Source of the DNA: Eledone cirrhosa
Taxonomy: Eukaryota
DNA: 64,000 nt
Direction: 5' to 3'
NCBI GenBank assembly: GCA_964016885.1
Contig: OZ024744.1
Location: 60,822,001 to 60,886,000, forward strand
This document shows, piece after piece, positions 1 through 11,612 of this stretch; within the stretch, counting starts at the first letter, position 1, and each line of letters begins with the position of its first letter. The position numbers and the translations under genes are program-made. The notes below the pieces were generated by a model that was given only the letters and a program-made list of their open reading frames with translations, made no database searches and was not told the origin of the DNA.

Positions 1-540
1 AAGAATAGACCAACACTAGGAGGAATTAAAAGGACAAAAACACGGTTCAGTACTATACGAACACGCCAGATAAAGACATGACGGTAATATAGACAACATA
101 GAAATTAAAATAATATCTAAACATAGAAATGACTCAACAGGTAGGTAAATCAGAGAAGCGAGCGAAATAGAGCTTAGAAGACCAAAGTTAAACAGGAAAA
201 AAACGAATGGAATAACAACAACCATACCCAAACAAACAATACTGACTTAAGAGAAATATAAATAAATAAATATATACACAAGTATAATAACAACAAACAC
301 ATATAAACACACACTAGTAAACAAAGATAGAATACAAAAACCAAAACACATACACTCAAACGCGAACACACACACCAAACATTATACACACACGCAAACG
401 CATGTGCAGAGACGGAGACAAGAATAAATAAATAAATAAAATAAAAATGGTGTAGACATCACAATACAATAGAATAGAAGGGAACATAATAATTGTACCA
501 CTGATGATGTTGCAGATGCGCAACGAAAGAACTTTGATAG
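1..540 (+). mobile_element. Degenerate 3' end of a Penelope-like retroelement (GIY-YIG C-terminus plus terminal HHR motif)
   Basis: Frame from nt 2 reads RIDQH*EELKGQKHGSVLYEHAR*RHDG...IKIISKHRNDSTGR*IREASEIELRRPKLNRK, matching the R..EH/EH...H/R.I.EA..I...P.LN pattern of PLE GIY-YIG nucleases; CTGATGA..GAAA core at 501-528. Confidence 0.7.
496..539 (+). ncRNA. Minimal type I hammerhead ribozyme-like motif (degenerate)
   Basis: TACCA-CTGATGA-T-GTTGC(agatgc)GCAAC-GAAA-G(aa)CT-T-TGATA; stem II perfect, stem I has one mismatch, stem III only 2 bp. Confidence 0.55.
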
Positions 541-1681
541 ACTATATATATATATTGGACTATATATAAGATTGGCTTGGTTGCTCTTGAAATATATGTA
601 ATAAAATAATTATGGTTTTATAAATATAGTTTCCATTTATTAATATATTGATTATATATTTAGATCTGTATTTTTAACCGTTGGTCAATCAATGATAAAC
701 ATTGATTGCCAAATAAATTAACTTGGAGATATAAAAGATACAGAAGTGAAAACCAACCAAACAGTGAGTGTGTTATGTTATTAATTCTGGCAATATTATT
801 ACAACAATATGACCCTTGCCAAGTATAACAGTGTATGTATGTATATATATATACATGCATAATACCTGTTGAAAAATAACAGGGTTTATAGAAAAAAAGG
901 ATATTTAATTTAATATGTCCTTGATTAAAACATTCTATATAAAGATGCTTGAATCCTCAAAGTATAGATAAACAGACAGAGAGCTAGCTATACAAACTGA
1001 TATACAGGTAAATAGGTAAATAGATAGACAGATAGGTAAGTAGGTAGATAGACAGACAGTTAAGTTGACAGATAGATGTTTTTATTATCCAAAGATAGAC
1101 ACATAGGTAGATAGCTATAGATAGCTACTGTTCTACCACTAATTACCAAGAGGGTGGATATGTATTGTCAACACTGCATGTGAAAGTGAGAGAAATAAGA
1201 AGGAAGATATCAAATGACCGCTTTCTAAGCAAACCTAGCATAAAGTCGTTATGTATACATAGAGGCATATTTCATATTTTTGGCTACATAGGATTACAGA
1301 AATGATAAAATATGACCACTAATTTTAGGATAAAGTGTATAATTTCCCCCTTGCAGAAGCTCAGATAAATTTTAACAATTTAAAACTTGTACCTTCTTTT
1401 TAGTCAAAAGGTCACTTCTTGACAGTTTAGTTAACATCAAACTATAGTTTATAATTTGAAAAACTATAATCACAATGAATATATATGTGTGTAAGCATGC
1501 ATTACTATGAATCACTTAAGGAGTGTGGGGTGGTATTTTTTACTATTACTATTTGTATGCATTTTCTATGAAAACAATGAGCATATATGTGTGTGTGTGT
1601 GTAAAAAATAAATAGAAATAACAAAGCAAACAGTACAATGAAGAAATATATTAGTTTAATGCTTGAAATAACAGGAAAAGA

Positions 1682-1718
1682 GTCAACGTTTTGGACACTA
1701 GTCCTTCATCAGAAGACA
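1682..1718 (-). ncRNA. Decayed minimal hammerhead motif (Penelope-type terminal repeat remnant)
   Basis: Minus strand gtctt-CTGATGA-AGGAC(tagt)GTCC-AAAACGTT-gac. Palindromic AACGTT stem III; expected CGAAA reads CAAAA (CpG-type change). Confidence 0.45.
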
Positions 1719-1809
1719 CAGACTGAGAGAGAAAAGATGAAATAGAAAGATAAAGAAATAGAAAGATAAAGAAAAGAGGAAAAAATGTAAAAAAAATAGT
1801 CAGCCATTT

Positions 1810-1811
<2 letters not shown>

Positions 1812-1878
<67 letters not shown>
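1812..1878. repeat. (GA)n microsatellite just downstream of the exon 5 donor
   Basis: Read directly. Confidence 0.95.
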
Positions 1879-1880
<2 letters not shown>

Positions 1881-1894
1881 AATGTAGGCCTTAC

Positions 1895-1990
1895 CTCAAC
1901 AAAAGAAGTGGGGAAAATTCCAATTTTGTCTCCTCTTCTTCCTTCTAACCAGTTGTCGTCAACTTTCCTAATTAGCTGAAGCACTTCATC
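1895..1990 (-). CDS. SH3RF1: POSH/SH3RF coding exon 5, end of SH3 domain 2 ([32 protein letters not shown])
   Basis: Acceptor ttgtag|GAT, donor GAG|gtaagg; 96 nt, phase 0/0; SH3 signature. Confidence 0.95.
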
Positions 1991-2160
1991 CTACAATAAT
2001 TTAAATCAACAAATAAATATGTTAGCCATGTCCTTATTTATTATATATTTGACATAATTGATCCTGATAAAAAACTTTATTGATCACTATAATCAGTTCA
2101 CTGTCAAGCTGAACAAGAAAATGCTTCTGTTAGGATAAATTATATCAAATAAATATGTAT

Positions 2161-2504
2161 CATCATCATCATTTTTTTAATTTTTATGTCCGCTTTTCCC
2201 TGCTTGCAAGGGTGGTATGGGAACTGATACTGGCTTGATTTCTACAGCTGGATGCCCTTCCTAACACCAACCTCATTTACAGTGAGTGCTGGGTGCTTTT
2301 TGCCGTGGCACCTCCACGACCACTTTGCAGTGGAATGATAGGGACCCCAGTCCCTATCATCTCATTTCTACAGCTGAGTAAACTGGAACAATGTGAAATA
2401 AAGTCTCTTGCTCAAGGAAACAACACATCACCCGGTCTGAGAATTGAACTCACAACCTTTCGATTGCAAGGCCAATGCTCTAACCACTAAGCCATATGCC
2501 TCCA
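2161..2504 (-). mobile_element. tRNA-derived SINE with RTE-like 3' tail
   Basis: Head GGAGGCATATGGCTTAGTGGTTAGAGC (A box), GTTCAATTC (B box), (ATG)n tail; near-identical to the copies at 27272, 29946, 30548 and 40152. Confidence 0.9.
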
Positions 2505-2702
2505 TATATATACCTTATATAGATTTGTGTGTGTGTATATATATATTGGTATCACAATAATATATATACATATATATATTGGTATCACTATAAAGTGCTT
2601 CCAGCCCACTTTATAATGTGGTAATGCTGGTACCATGAAAAATATTTCTAGTATATGCTCTAAGGGCATCCAGCTGTAGAATTTAATGAAATAACAGTGT
2701 AC

Positions 2703-3545
2703 ATCATCATCATCATCGTTTAACGTCCATCTTCCACACTTAAATGGGTTTGGACGGGAGTTTTCCCACTTGAGGCAAGATTGGTTGTCCTGCTCATATA
2801 GGGCTATCTGGTGGGTTTTTTACGGCTGGATGCCCTTCCTAACACCAACCACGTTTACAGTGTGGACTGGGAGGTTTTTACCGTGTTACCTACACGGCCA
2901 TATTATAGCGTGGACTGTGTGTTTTTTGTTGTGACACCTACACGTCTGGCGGGTTTTCTGTATTACTGTGTAGCGCCAAAGATCTCGGTCCAGTGACATT
3001 GTCTTGGAGAGGTGTAAGTGTGTGAGGTCGGAATTTATCAAGTCGTCCCAGGTTTTTCTGGGTCTGCCTACTCCGTGGCTACCGTCTATTTTTATCGCCC
3101 TGCACTTTTTTATACAGCTGTCGTCTTTCATACGCATCACGTGACCATACCAATGTAGTCTTCTCTCGAGTAAACAACATCTGATTCCTCTTATTTCTAA
3201 TTTCTCCCTTAGTACGTTTATGCTTTGCCGTTCACGTATATTACTATTACACATCCAGCGGAGCATGCAAGCTTCGTTTCTCTCCAGCCTGCGTATATCC
3301 TCTGCACACAATGCCCATGTCTCACTGCCATGTAACATTGCTGTTCGTATGCAGGCATCATACAGCCTGCCTTTCATTTTTAGAGAGAACCCTTTAGTGG
3401 CCAATAGTGGTATAAGCTCTCTGAACTTTTTCCATCCCGTTCATACTCTAGCTACTGTACTTTCAGAGCACCCTCCCCCACTGCTGATTTTGTCACCCAG
3501 GTAACGGAAGGTGTCCACTATTTCTATAAAACCATCTGTGCAATG
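2703..3545 (-). mobile_element. RTE LINE 3' fragment with SINE-like tail
   Basis: ORF 2886-3404 KGRLYDAC..MLHGSETW..RRLHWYGHVMR..GRPRKTW, homologous to the C-terminus of the 8.4-10.9 kb LINE. Confidence 0.9.
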
Positions 3546-4829
3546 GAATTATCACATATCACATGTACACATATATATATATAAAGATATGTGTATATAC
3601 ACACTTGCTATTATTTTGTAATAAAAAAGATTAGAAAAATATATATAGATATATGTTTGTATGTGCATATATTGGTGCTACAATACAGTGCACCTATCCA
3701 ACTCTCTAAAGTGCTGGTGCCATGAACAAAAGCAACCAGTCGACCATAGGGTTGAGAAAATACTTTAGTTATGTCAAGAGCATGTCAACCTCCCTACTCC
3801 TGATACCCTGATAAAATGTATCCAGTACATTCTGTAAAGTATAGAATGTATGTAAGCAAGATGCAACCCCTGACCAGTCAGATTGGGTGCTGACTTGGTG
3901 TGTAATGACCTGTCCAACCTATGCTAGCATGAGAAACAGGACATTAAATGGTGATGTGATGATAACACACTGATATGTGTAAACACATATACTGGTATAT
4001 GTAAACATACACATTAATGTATGCAATATATACATGAATGTATGTAAACACACACATACATGCATAATTTATATATACCATCATTATCATCCCCATTTAA
4101 TGTCTATTTTTCATGATAGGATGGGTTAAACAAGTTGCCGTTGTCAGACAATGTCAGGTGACCATGTCTTGCTCATACAGAGCTGTTTCTGGCTTGGTTT
4201 CTATGGCTGGATACTCTTACTAACACCAACCACATTTACAGCGTATGTATGTATATTATGTGTGTAGCTATATACACACACACACATTAATGTATGTATA
4301 TATACAAATATACACACAATCAAAGTGTGTTTTTAAAATATATCTACATTATGTTTTAATCTGTTTGATCTCAGATAATTGTCAAGAAACATACATCCAT
4401 GTTTCCAGGCTGAATTCAAATAAGAAATTTTCTATTTCTAAATGTAGAACAACACTGTTCTTATCTACTAGGCTACTAACACTACATGGTACAACAAACA
4501 GAGTTTTTTAAAAGTATGAACATTATTTAGTAGAAGAGTAATTTTAGCTATTAAAAACACACATGGAAACTGTTCATTTTACTTTACATTGATCATATAT
4601 TTCTTGGTGTCAAAATGTTCTACCTGGTGCCTGACACAGTTCCAAGAGTGCAATGAAAATAATGTTCACACCAAAAATTATCCTTGTTAAAATTTACAGT
4701 GAACTTAATAAATTTTGAGAGAGCTAGGGAGAATAAAACATTGGCTAAAATTATTCTTCCACAATATAATTACTTCAGATAAAATCACGTACCAGACAAG
4801 TACAACTATGTAAAGAATATTATTGTTAC

Positions 4830-4928
4830 CTTTAAGAATTTCAGACAATCTTTTTCATTATCATCGTTGATATCAAAGTCATACAAGGCCTTCACTTGGG
4901 GTACAGACGAAGAAAAATTATTAACCAC
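4830..4928 (-). CDS. SH3RF1: POSH/SH3RF coding exon 4, start of SH3 domain 2 (VVNNFSSSVPQVKALYDFDINDDNEKDCLKFLK)
   Basis: Acceptor catttag|GTG, donor AAG|gtaaca; 99 nt, phase 0/0; ALYDF...EKDCL.F motif typical of POSH SH3-2. Not in the ORF track. Confidence 0.93.
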
Positions 4929-6235
4929 CTAAATGTTACAGAAACAAAAGCAAAAAAAAAACAAAATATTTATATGCATGGAAAATAAACATAAAATGTT
5001 GGTGATAATGACGATTATATTAGTTAGAAGCCCAGACAATGCATACGATGAGATAAAACATGGTATAAAACATGTTTTATTTCATCACATGCATTGTCTG
5101 GGCTTTTTAGCCAATTTTAAATTTTAATATCATAACAATGCTTTCAAAACTGTCACTAAGTTCACACACACATTATATAGCAAAAATATAAAACTTTTTT
5201 TTACTACAAACAGGGCAGTAAATAAAAACTGTGTTCTCTTTTGTCACCATGTTTCTAATAAGATACACTTTGTGTCAATTTATTAATGAAGAATTTGGAG
5301 GAATTTACTAAAATTATTATTTATATCATTAAGTTGGCACTTAACAAAAGGCTTTTATATCAAATTATGTTGGAAAATGGTTAATGTTGATTTATAGAAC
5401 CAGGACCAGTTTTGGGCCAGGTTAGTAGCAACAAGGTTAATGAAGCAATATGATGAAGTATAATATCAATGGATCTCTTGGGATGGTATGAAGAACCAAT
5501 CCTTATTTGTTACTATATACCTCTTCTTTCTAGGTAAAATAATTCAATGAATAAACAGGCCTAAAATATCTTTTACCATAAGTCTGCTTTTATCTGGGTT
5601 AACTTGAGCCTATACAATCTATATATAAATTTGAGCGACTTCCATCCATCAGTCCTTCTGTCACACACTAGAGATGACTGAGGAAGGAAGGAGTGATGAT
5701 GTCATGCACTAGAGATGACTGAGGAAAGAAGGGTGATGACTAACTTCAGAAAACAGCACCTAACATTCACTACACTTGTGTGTGTTAGTGTAAATGTATG
5801 TGTTTGTGTGAATGTATGTGTATTTGTGTGAATGTATGTCTGTGAGTGTGTATTTTTGTAAGTGTGCGTGTTTGTGCGTTTATATAGATATACTATATAT
5901 ACATATTTATATACATATACAAAATTCTAGTAACAAAGAAACAACATTGCTTGATCATGGCTAACTTGGGGCTTTCTAGAAACAACAACAGCGTTGCTTA
6001 ATTAGGGTTAACTTATAACTTTATATTGATAGGTTAGCCAGGAAAAACACATACCGAATAAGGCAATCCTATATTCATTATGTCTGAGTAAAAAGGTGGA
6101 ATAGTTATGGTTGAAATGCTTTATGTAGGTCTGTCTGGTGGATTAGAACTGAACTGAGATTAAGTAACAGCAATAATAGGAAACATTCAATAAAAAGAAA
6201 AGAATTCTTAATACTAACTCCAATTTTATACTAAC

Positions 6236-6350
6236 CTGGACATAACTGGATGGAAAATAACCATCTTGACCATCGAGCTTCCCATGATACCAATTCTGAT
6301 CAACTTGGTGACAAATTGTAATTATATCACCTTTTTTAAATGATAAGTCT
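6236..6350 (-). CDS. SH3RF1: POSH/SH3RF coding exon 3, remainder of SH3 domain 1 (DLSFKKGDIITICHQVDQNWYHGKLDGQDGYFPSSYVQ)
   Basis: Acceptor cttatttcag|A, donor CAG|gttagt; 115 nt completes the split Arg codon; SH3 W..G and G.FP.SYV motifs. Confidence 0.95.
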
Positions 6351-6669
6351 CTGAAATAAGAAAAAAGAAAAAAGAATTTGTAAAAAAACAGTAGAATACT
6401 TAGGTGTAGCATAAAATAGTTGAGTTTCAAACAATACTAGCATGTATATATATCAATGTATACAAATGTATGAAAATGGAAAACTATATGTTTCATGTGT
6501 GATTGATACAAAATTGCACAGACATATTTGATTTTGTGGTTCATTTAATTTAATTCAACAATATTTATTCTGTACAGGATAGGCACACAGACATCATATA
6601 TATATATACATACACATATGTGGTTGATGGTTGAGAGAAAGGAGTACTCAATACCAAAGTAGAGTTTTA

Positions 6670-6824
6670 ATATTCATTTTATTAAGGCTGAATAGTGAGT
6701 CTTGTTACTCTGGAGTTTCACCTGTTTATCACAAGATCATCAGTTCTTGTCTGATAACCCTGTGACAAACAGGTGAAACTCCAGAGTAACAAAACTCACT
6801 ATTCAGCCTTAATAAAATGAATAT
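6670..6824. mobile_element. Foldback element with inverted hammerhead-like motifs
   Basis: Arms 6670-6743 and 6751-6824 are near-perfect reverse complements; each arm contains CTGATRA-stem II-GAAACTCCAGAGTA-ACAA. Confidence 0.7.
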
Positions 6825-7480
6825 ATATTTATATTATCATATCCTAAACAGTGGCATACAAGTCAATCTTTGGCTTTTAGATTTTGAGTTAAAAATTCTG
6901 TTAGTCCTCTATTTACTGTATAGATTGACCCTTAAAAATACAGTAGGCTCTACTGAGTTGGTACTTATTGATAGCTGTCCTAAAGAGGTTCTAACTGATG
7001 ACTATAATAGATGTACTACTATACCTAATTAAACTCTAATCATTAATAGCTGTACTAGAGTTGTTCTGATAACTATAGTATATATACTGTATAATATATA
7101 GAAATATCCCTTCTAGTTGATTACTATAATGTCCATACTGTATCATATATAAAATGTGAAGGCTTAGAGGTTAGAGTGCTGGACTTATGATTATAATGTT
7201 GCGTGTCCAATTATATAGTGCATTATGTTTTTAAACAAAACATTTCTTTTCACTTTGCTCTAGCCAACAATGTTGTAAAGGTGTACTAGCAGCTAGGGAT
7301 TAACTCTTTGATTGACTAGCAGTTAATATCAATAAAATTGGGATAAATGAAGCCTGATAGACTTTAACATTCTTTTTAGTATTATATAGCAGTAAACCTC
7401 CACCTACAAAACACCTGAGTAAACTGTAGTTACTAATAACTGTCCTAGAGATGCACTAACTGATGAATATGATATATATA

Positions 7481-7810
7481 CAGTGGAAGCTTGATTATTG
7501 AACGGCTGTCATCATGAACAAATTGGTTCACAAACAATTTTTTTTTAATGTAAAACATCTCAGTTGACAAACAGTGTCTCAAGTAACGAAAGCACAAGCT
7601 GGCATCAACGGTTGGTGACAAGCTGTGAGTATTGGAGTATTGGCGGGAAAGTCCAATTGCTGTGTAGTTAGTTACTATGGTGATATCTATCTATCTTTCA
7701 CACACAGTCCTTCTCTCACTGTATTTCTCTCTCAACATTTTGTATGGGAAAAATTGTTTCGGTTTACGACCTTCAGGAATGAATTAAATTCATGAACTGA
7801 AGTTGCACTG
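7481..7810. mobile_element. Tc1/mariner-pogo (Tigger-like) MITE
   Basis: TA|CAGTGGAAGCTTG...CTGAAGTTGCACTG|TA degenerate TIRs with TA flanks. Confidence 0.55.
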
Positions 7811-8447
7811 TATATATAACCTATACTGGCATGGAAAAATGGACATTAAATGATGATAATATATACATATATATATACACCCACACCATATAATATATTG
7901 TAGTACACCTCTCAACTCACTAAGTACTTACCACAACCTTATGTTATATGGATTAGTGAGATAAACAGATAGAGGAAGTTCAAGAATGGTCAGGAGCCGA
8001 AAACTACATTGACGAGTACTCATCAAACAGATGCAAGCATGGAAAAAATGGACATAAAAATAATGATTATGAGACTTTGGTGCTACTAATACTACACAAC
8101 CAATGGTGAAACTGTTTGTGTACCAGTTCAGCTTTCATAACACAGTTTCTAAATATTATAGCTGAAAATAATTTATCCCCATTGATAACCCCCAACAAAA
8201 TGAATGAAATGCATCTCTACTTTAAAATTGAAAGTCGTTACATTTGCTATATCTTCTAACAACAATGCTGCTACAAAGAAGCAGAGGGTGAAGTCTCCTT
8301 GGAAAACATTCTAAAGAAGAAAGGTGATGCAAGAACTGGCATTTGTAAGTAGCCTGATGATTTCAAATGAATAAAATGGCTCTAATCCTGTAGAAATCCC
8401 TTCTATATCAAATAAATATATATCCTAATGTGTATATATATATATAT

Positions 8448-10923
8448 ATGGTGAGCACATAAGCCAGATTGACTTCCTGCTAGTTAGGCAGTGGGACAGG
8501 CAGATAGTGTCTAATACCAAGGCATACCCTGGCGAAGAATGTACCCCACAGCATAGGTTAGTTGTTAGTGATATCTCAGTAAGCAAGAGATGGAATGAGA
8601 CATATAGGAAGGTGTGGAGAAGAAAGGTCTGGAAGCTAAAAGACCTTTCACTAAAATACAAATTTAGGAAAGCCCTTCAAGATGTATATGACGAAAAAGA
8701 AGACGATTTAGAGACGTATGACATAGATAATAACTGGAAGTTCTTACGTGACAACTTGCTGCAGGCTACTGATGAAACCTGTGGCTGGAGCAGAGCTCCA
8801 ACCAGACAGAGAGTGACCTGGTGGTGGAACAGCACAATAGACAAGGCTATTAGAGACAAAAGACTAGCATGGAAGGCTTGGAAAAAGGGTGGGAGTAGGG
8901 AAGAATATACAGCCACTAAGAGAGAAGCTAGACGTCAGGTGTACTTAGCACGCAGGGAGGCAGAGAGTAGGAGGTTTACCAATGTTCTGCGACGGGAAGA
9001 TCATAGGCGTGCGGTGTTCCACATTGCAAGGCAGTGTGTCAATGCAAATCAGGATGTTGTTGGAGATAAATGTGTCCGGGATGATGCCGGTGTACTTAGT
9101 GTCACGAATGACCAGAAAAAGGAGGCCTGGAAATGTCATTATGAGAGACTGATGAATGTGGAGAACGAATGGGAGAGAGAGAAATTACCCTTGGTAGATC
9201 CGACAGAGGGACCAGCTATTGAGATTGACGAATATAGGGTCCAAGAGGCGATTAGGGAAATGAAAAATGGTAAGGCAGCCGGACCATCGGGAATAGTTGC
9301 TGAGATGCTGAAGGCATCAGGGGACGTAGGCACTAAACTGGTTGCACGCATCATCAATCAGGCTATATATGGTGGTGTCATACCCAAAGACTGGTGCAGC
9401 AGTATTCTCATAAATTGCTACAAAGGTAAAGGGGATGCTTTGGAGAGGAGCAATTATAGGGGTATAAAACTGATAGATCAGGTTATGAAAGTGGCAGAAA
9501 GGATTTTAGCACAACTAATTAGAGAAAGGGTCAAACTAGATGAGATGCAGTTTGGTTTTGTGCCTGGGAAGAGTACAACAGATGCCCTCTTCTTGGTGAG
9601 ACAAATGCAAGAGAGGTTCTTAGAGAAGAATAAGCCACTATACTTAGCCTTTGTTGACCTAGAGAAGGCCTTTGATAGGGTACCCTGATCTGTCATCTGG
9701 TGGTCCCTAAGGAAGCTAGGTGTTGAGGAATAGCTTGTGAGGACAGTGCAAACTTTGTACAGAGGTACTCTCAGTAAAGTCAGGGTAGGAATGGAGTTTA
9801 GTGAGGAATTCCAGATACAAGTAGGAGTACATCAGGGTTCGGTCCTCAGCCCGCTCTTGTTCATTATAGTCCTCCAAGCCATAACAGAGGAGTTTAAGAC
9901 TGGCTGTCCATGGGAACTTCTCTATGCTGACGATCTGGCTCTTATAGCAGAATCAATAGAGGAGCTAGAGAATAAATTCCGGCTATGGAAACAGCAGTTG
10001 GAAGCAAGAGGACTGAGAGTAAATCTAGCTAAGACAAAAGTGTTGATGAGTAGAAAAGAGGATAAAACCCTGATTCCGTCAGGGAAATGGCCATGTTCGA
10101 TATGCAGAAAAGGAACTGGCATAAATTCTATAAAATGCACACAATGCCGGTCCTGGGTACACAAGAGATGTAGCGGGATAGCAGGCAAACTAACAGGTAG
10201 GGAGAAATATGTATGCAGTAGATGTACAGGGAAATTAGACAGTAGAAGTCGCACTGATAGACACATTTTTCAAATGCGAGAGGGCGCTATAGAAGTGGTG
10301 GATAGCTTCCGGTACCTAGGAGATCAGATTAGCATGGGAGGAGGGTCTTCCGAGGCGATAGTATCTAGAATAAGGACGGGTTGGAAGAAGTTTAGGGAGC
10401 TGCTTCCTCTGTTGACGAAGAAGGGTTTCTCCCTGCGTACGAAAGGCCGGTTGTATGATGCCTGTGTGAGGAGCGCGATGCTGCATGGTAGTGAGACATG
10501 GGCAGCAACCGCAGAGGATATGCGACGGCTGGAGAGAAATGAGGCAAGCATGCTCCGTTGGATGTGCAGTGTAAATGTGCGTGAACGACCCAGCATAAAT
10601 GTGTTGAGAGAGAAACTGTGTCTGAGAGGGATAGAATGTAGTGTACGGGAGAGGAGACTGAGGTGGTATGGACATGTGATGCGCATGGAGGATGACCGAT
10701 GGGTGAAGAAGTGCCAGGAAATGCCAGTTGAAGGAAGACGTGGTAGAGGTAGACCACAAAAAACATGGGCGGAGGTGGTGAGAACAGACCTCAGATCATT
10801 GAAGCTCACGGTGGAGATGACGAGGGACCGTGACGAGTGGAGAGATGCTGTGCTGAATAAGACCCGTCCCACCCTTGCAAGCAGGGAAAAGCGAACGTAA
10901 AATGATGATGATGATGATGATGA
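8448..10923 (+). mobile_element. 5'-truncated RTE-clade LINE (end of APE endonuclease, reverse transcriptase, Cys/His finger), pseudogenised by two in-frame stops
   Basis: ORFs 8507-9688 and 9737-10900 are in the same frame; SQIDFLL...QHRLVV, NYRGIKL, QFGF, FVDLEKAFDRV, GVHQGSVLSP, YADD, RRLRWYGHV; (ATG)n tail. Confidence 0.95.
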
Positions 10924-11612
10924 TATATATTCACACATGTACACACCTTATTTAACTAGAAATGGTAGCAAAAAGTGACCGTGCAGACAATTGAAGCAAA
11001 TTAAAACTAATGATTATTTTAAAATGAAAAAACAATGTTATATATAAAGTTCCTTCAAGACATATTTGTTCAAAAAGGTTGGCTGGATTAAACTGGAGCA
11101 AATTTATGGACTGAAAATGTGTACACTTAGGGATTTTTAAGAATGTTGAAAAAAACCCCCAAAAACTTGTTGGTTTGGGACATTTTAGATCCCAAGAAGC
11201 ACCTAGAAGGAAACAATATTATAAGTGCATTAATTCTAAGGGGACTGATATGTGTTGTCCCCCACTCATTCCAGGCCATGACTAACCATAGGTTTGCTCC
11301 TGAAAAATTTCTCTTTGAGACACAAATCTTGGTAAGGTATTTTATGGAAGACCAGCAGTCATCCCTATATGCTATCCACTTCTCTCCACACGCCACTGAA
11401 TTTGGCCAAGAGAAAAGCAAAGGCAGATACAGCTTGGTAACATATTTTCCCTCCAGCTGAGTGAACAGAAGGAATATGAAAAAAGAGTATTGTTCAAGGA
11501 CACAATATGCTGCCCAATCTGGGAATTGACTTCACAATCTTTCCATTGTGAGCCAAACACTATTCCAGGGAAACTAACATTCAGCCTCTTAAAGACAATA
11601 TTTGTTGTGGTG

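Noticed and set aside
5618-5931. Possible non-autonomous Helitron (TCTATATATAAA...CTAG)
   Set aside because: No subterminal hairpin and no second copy in the window.
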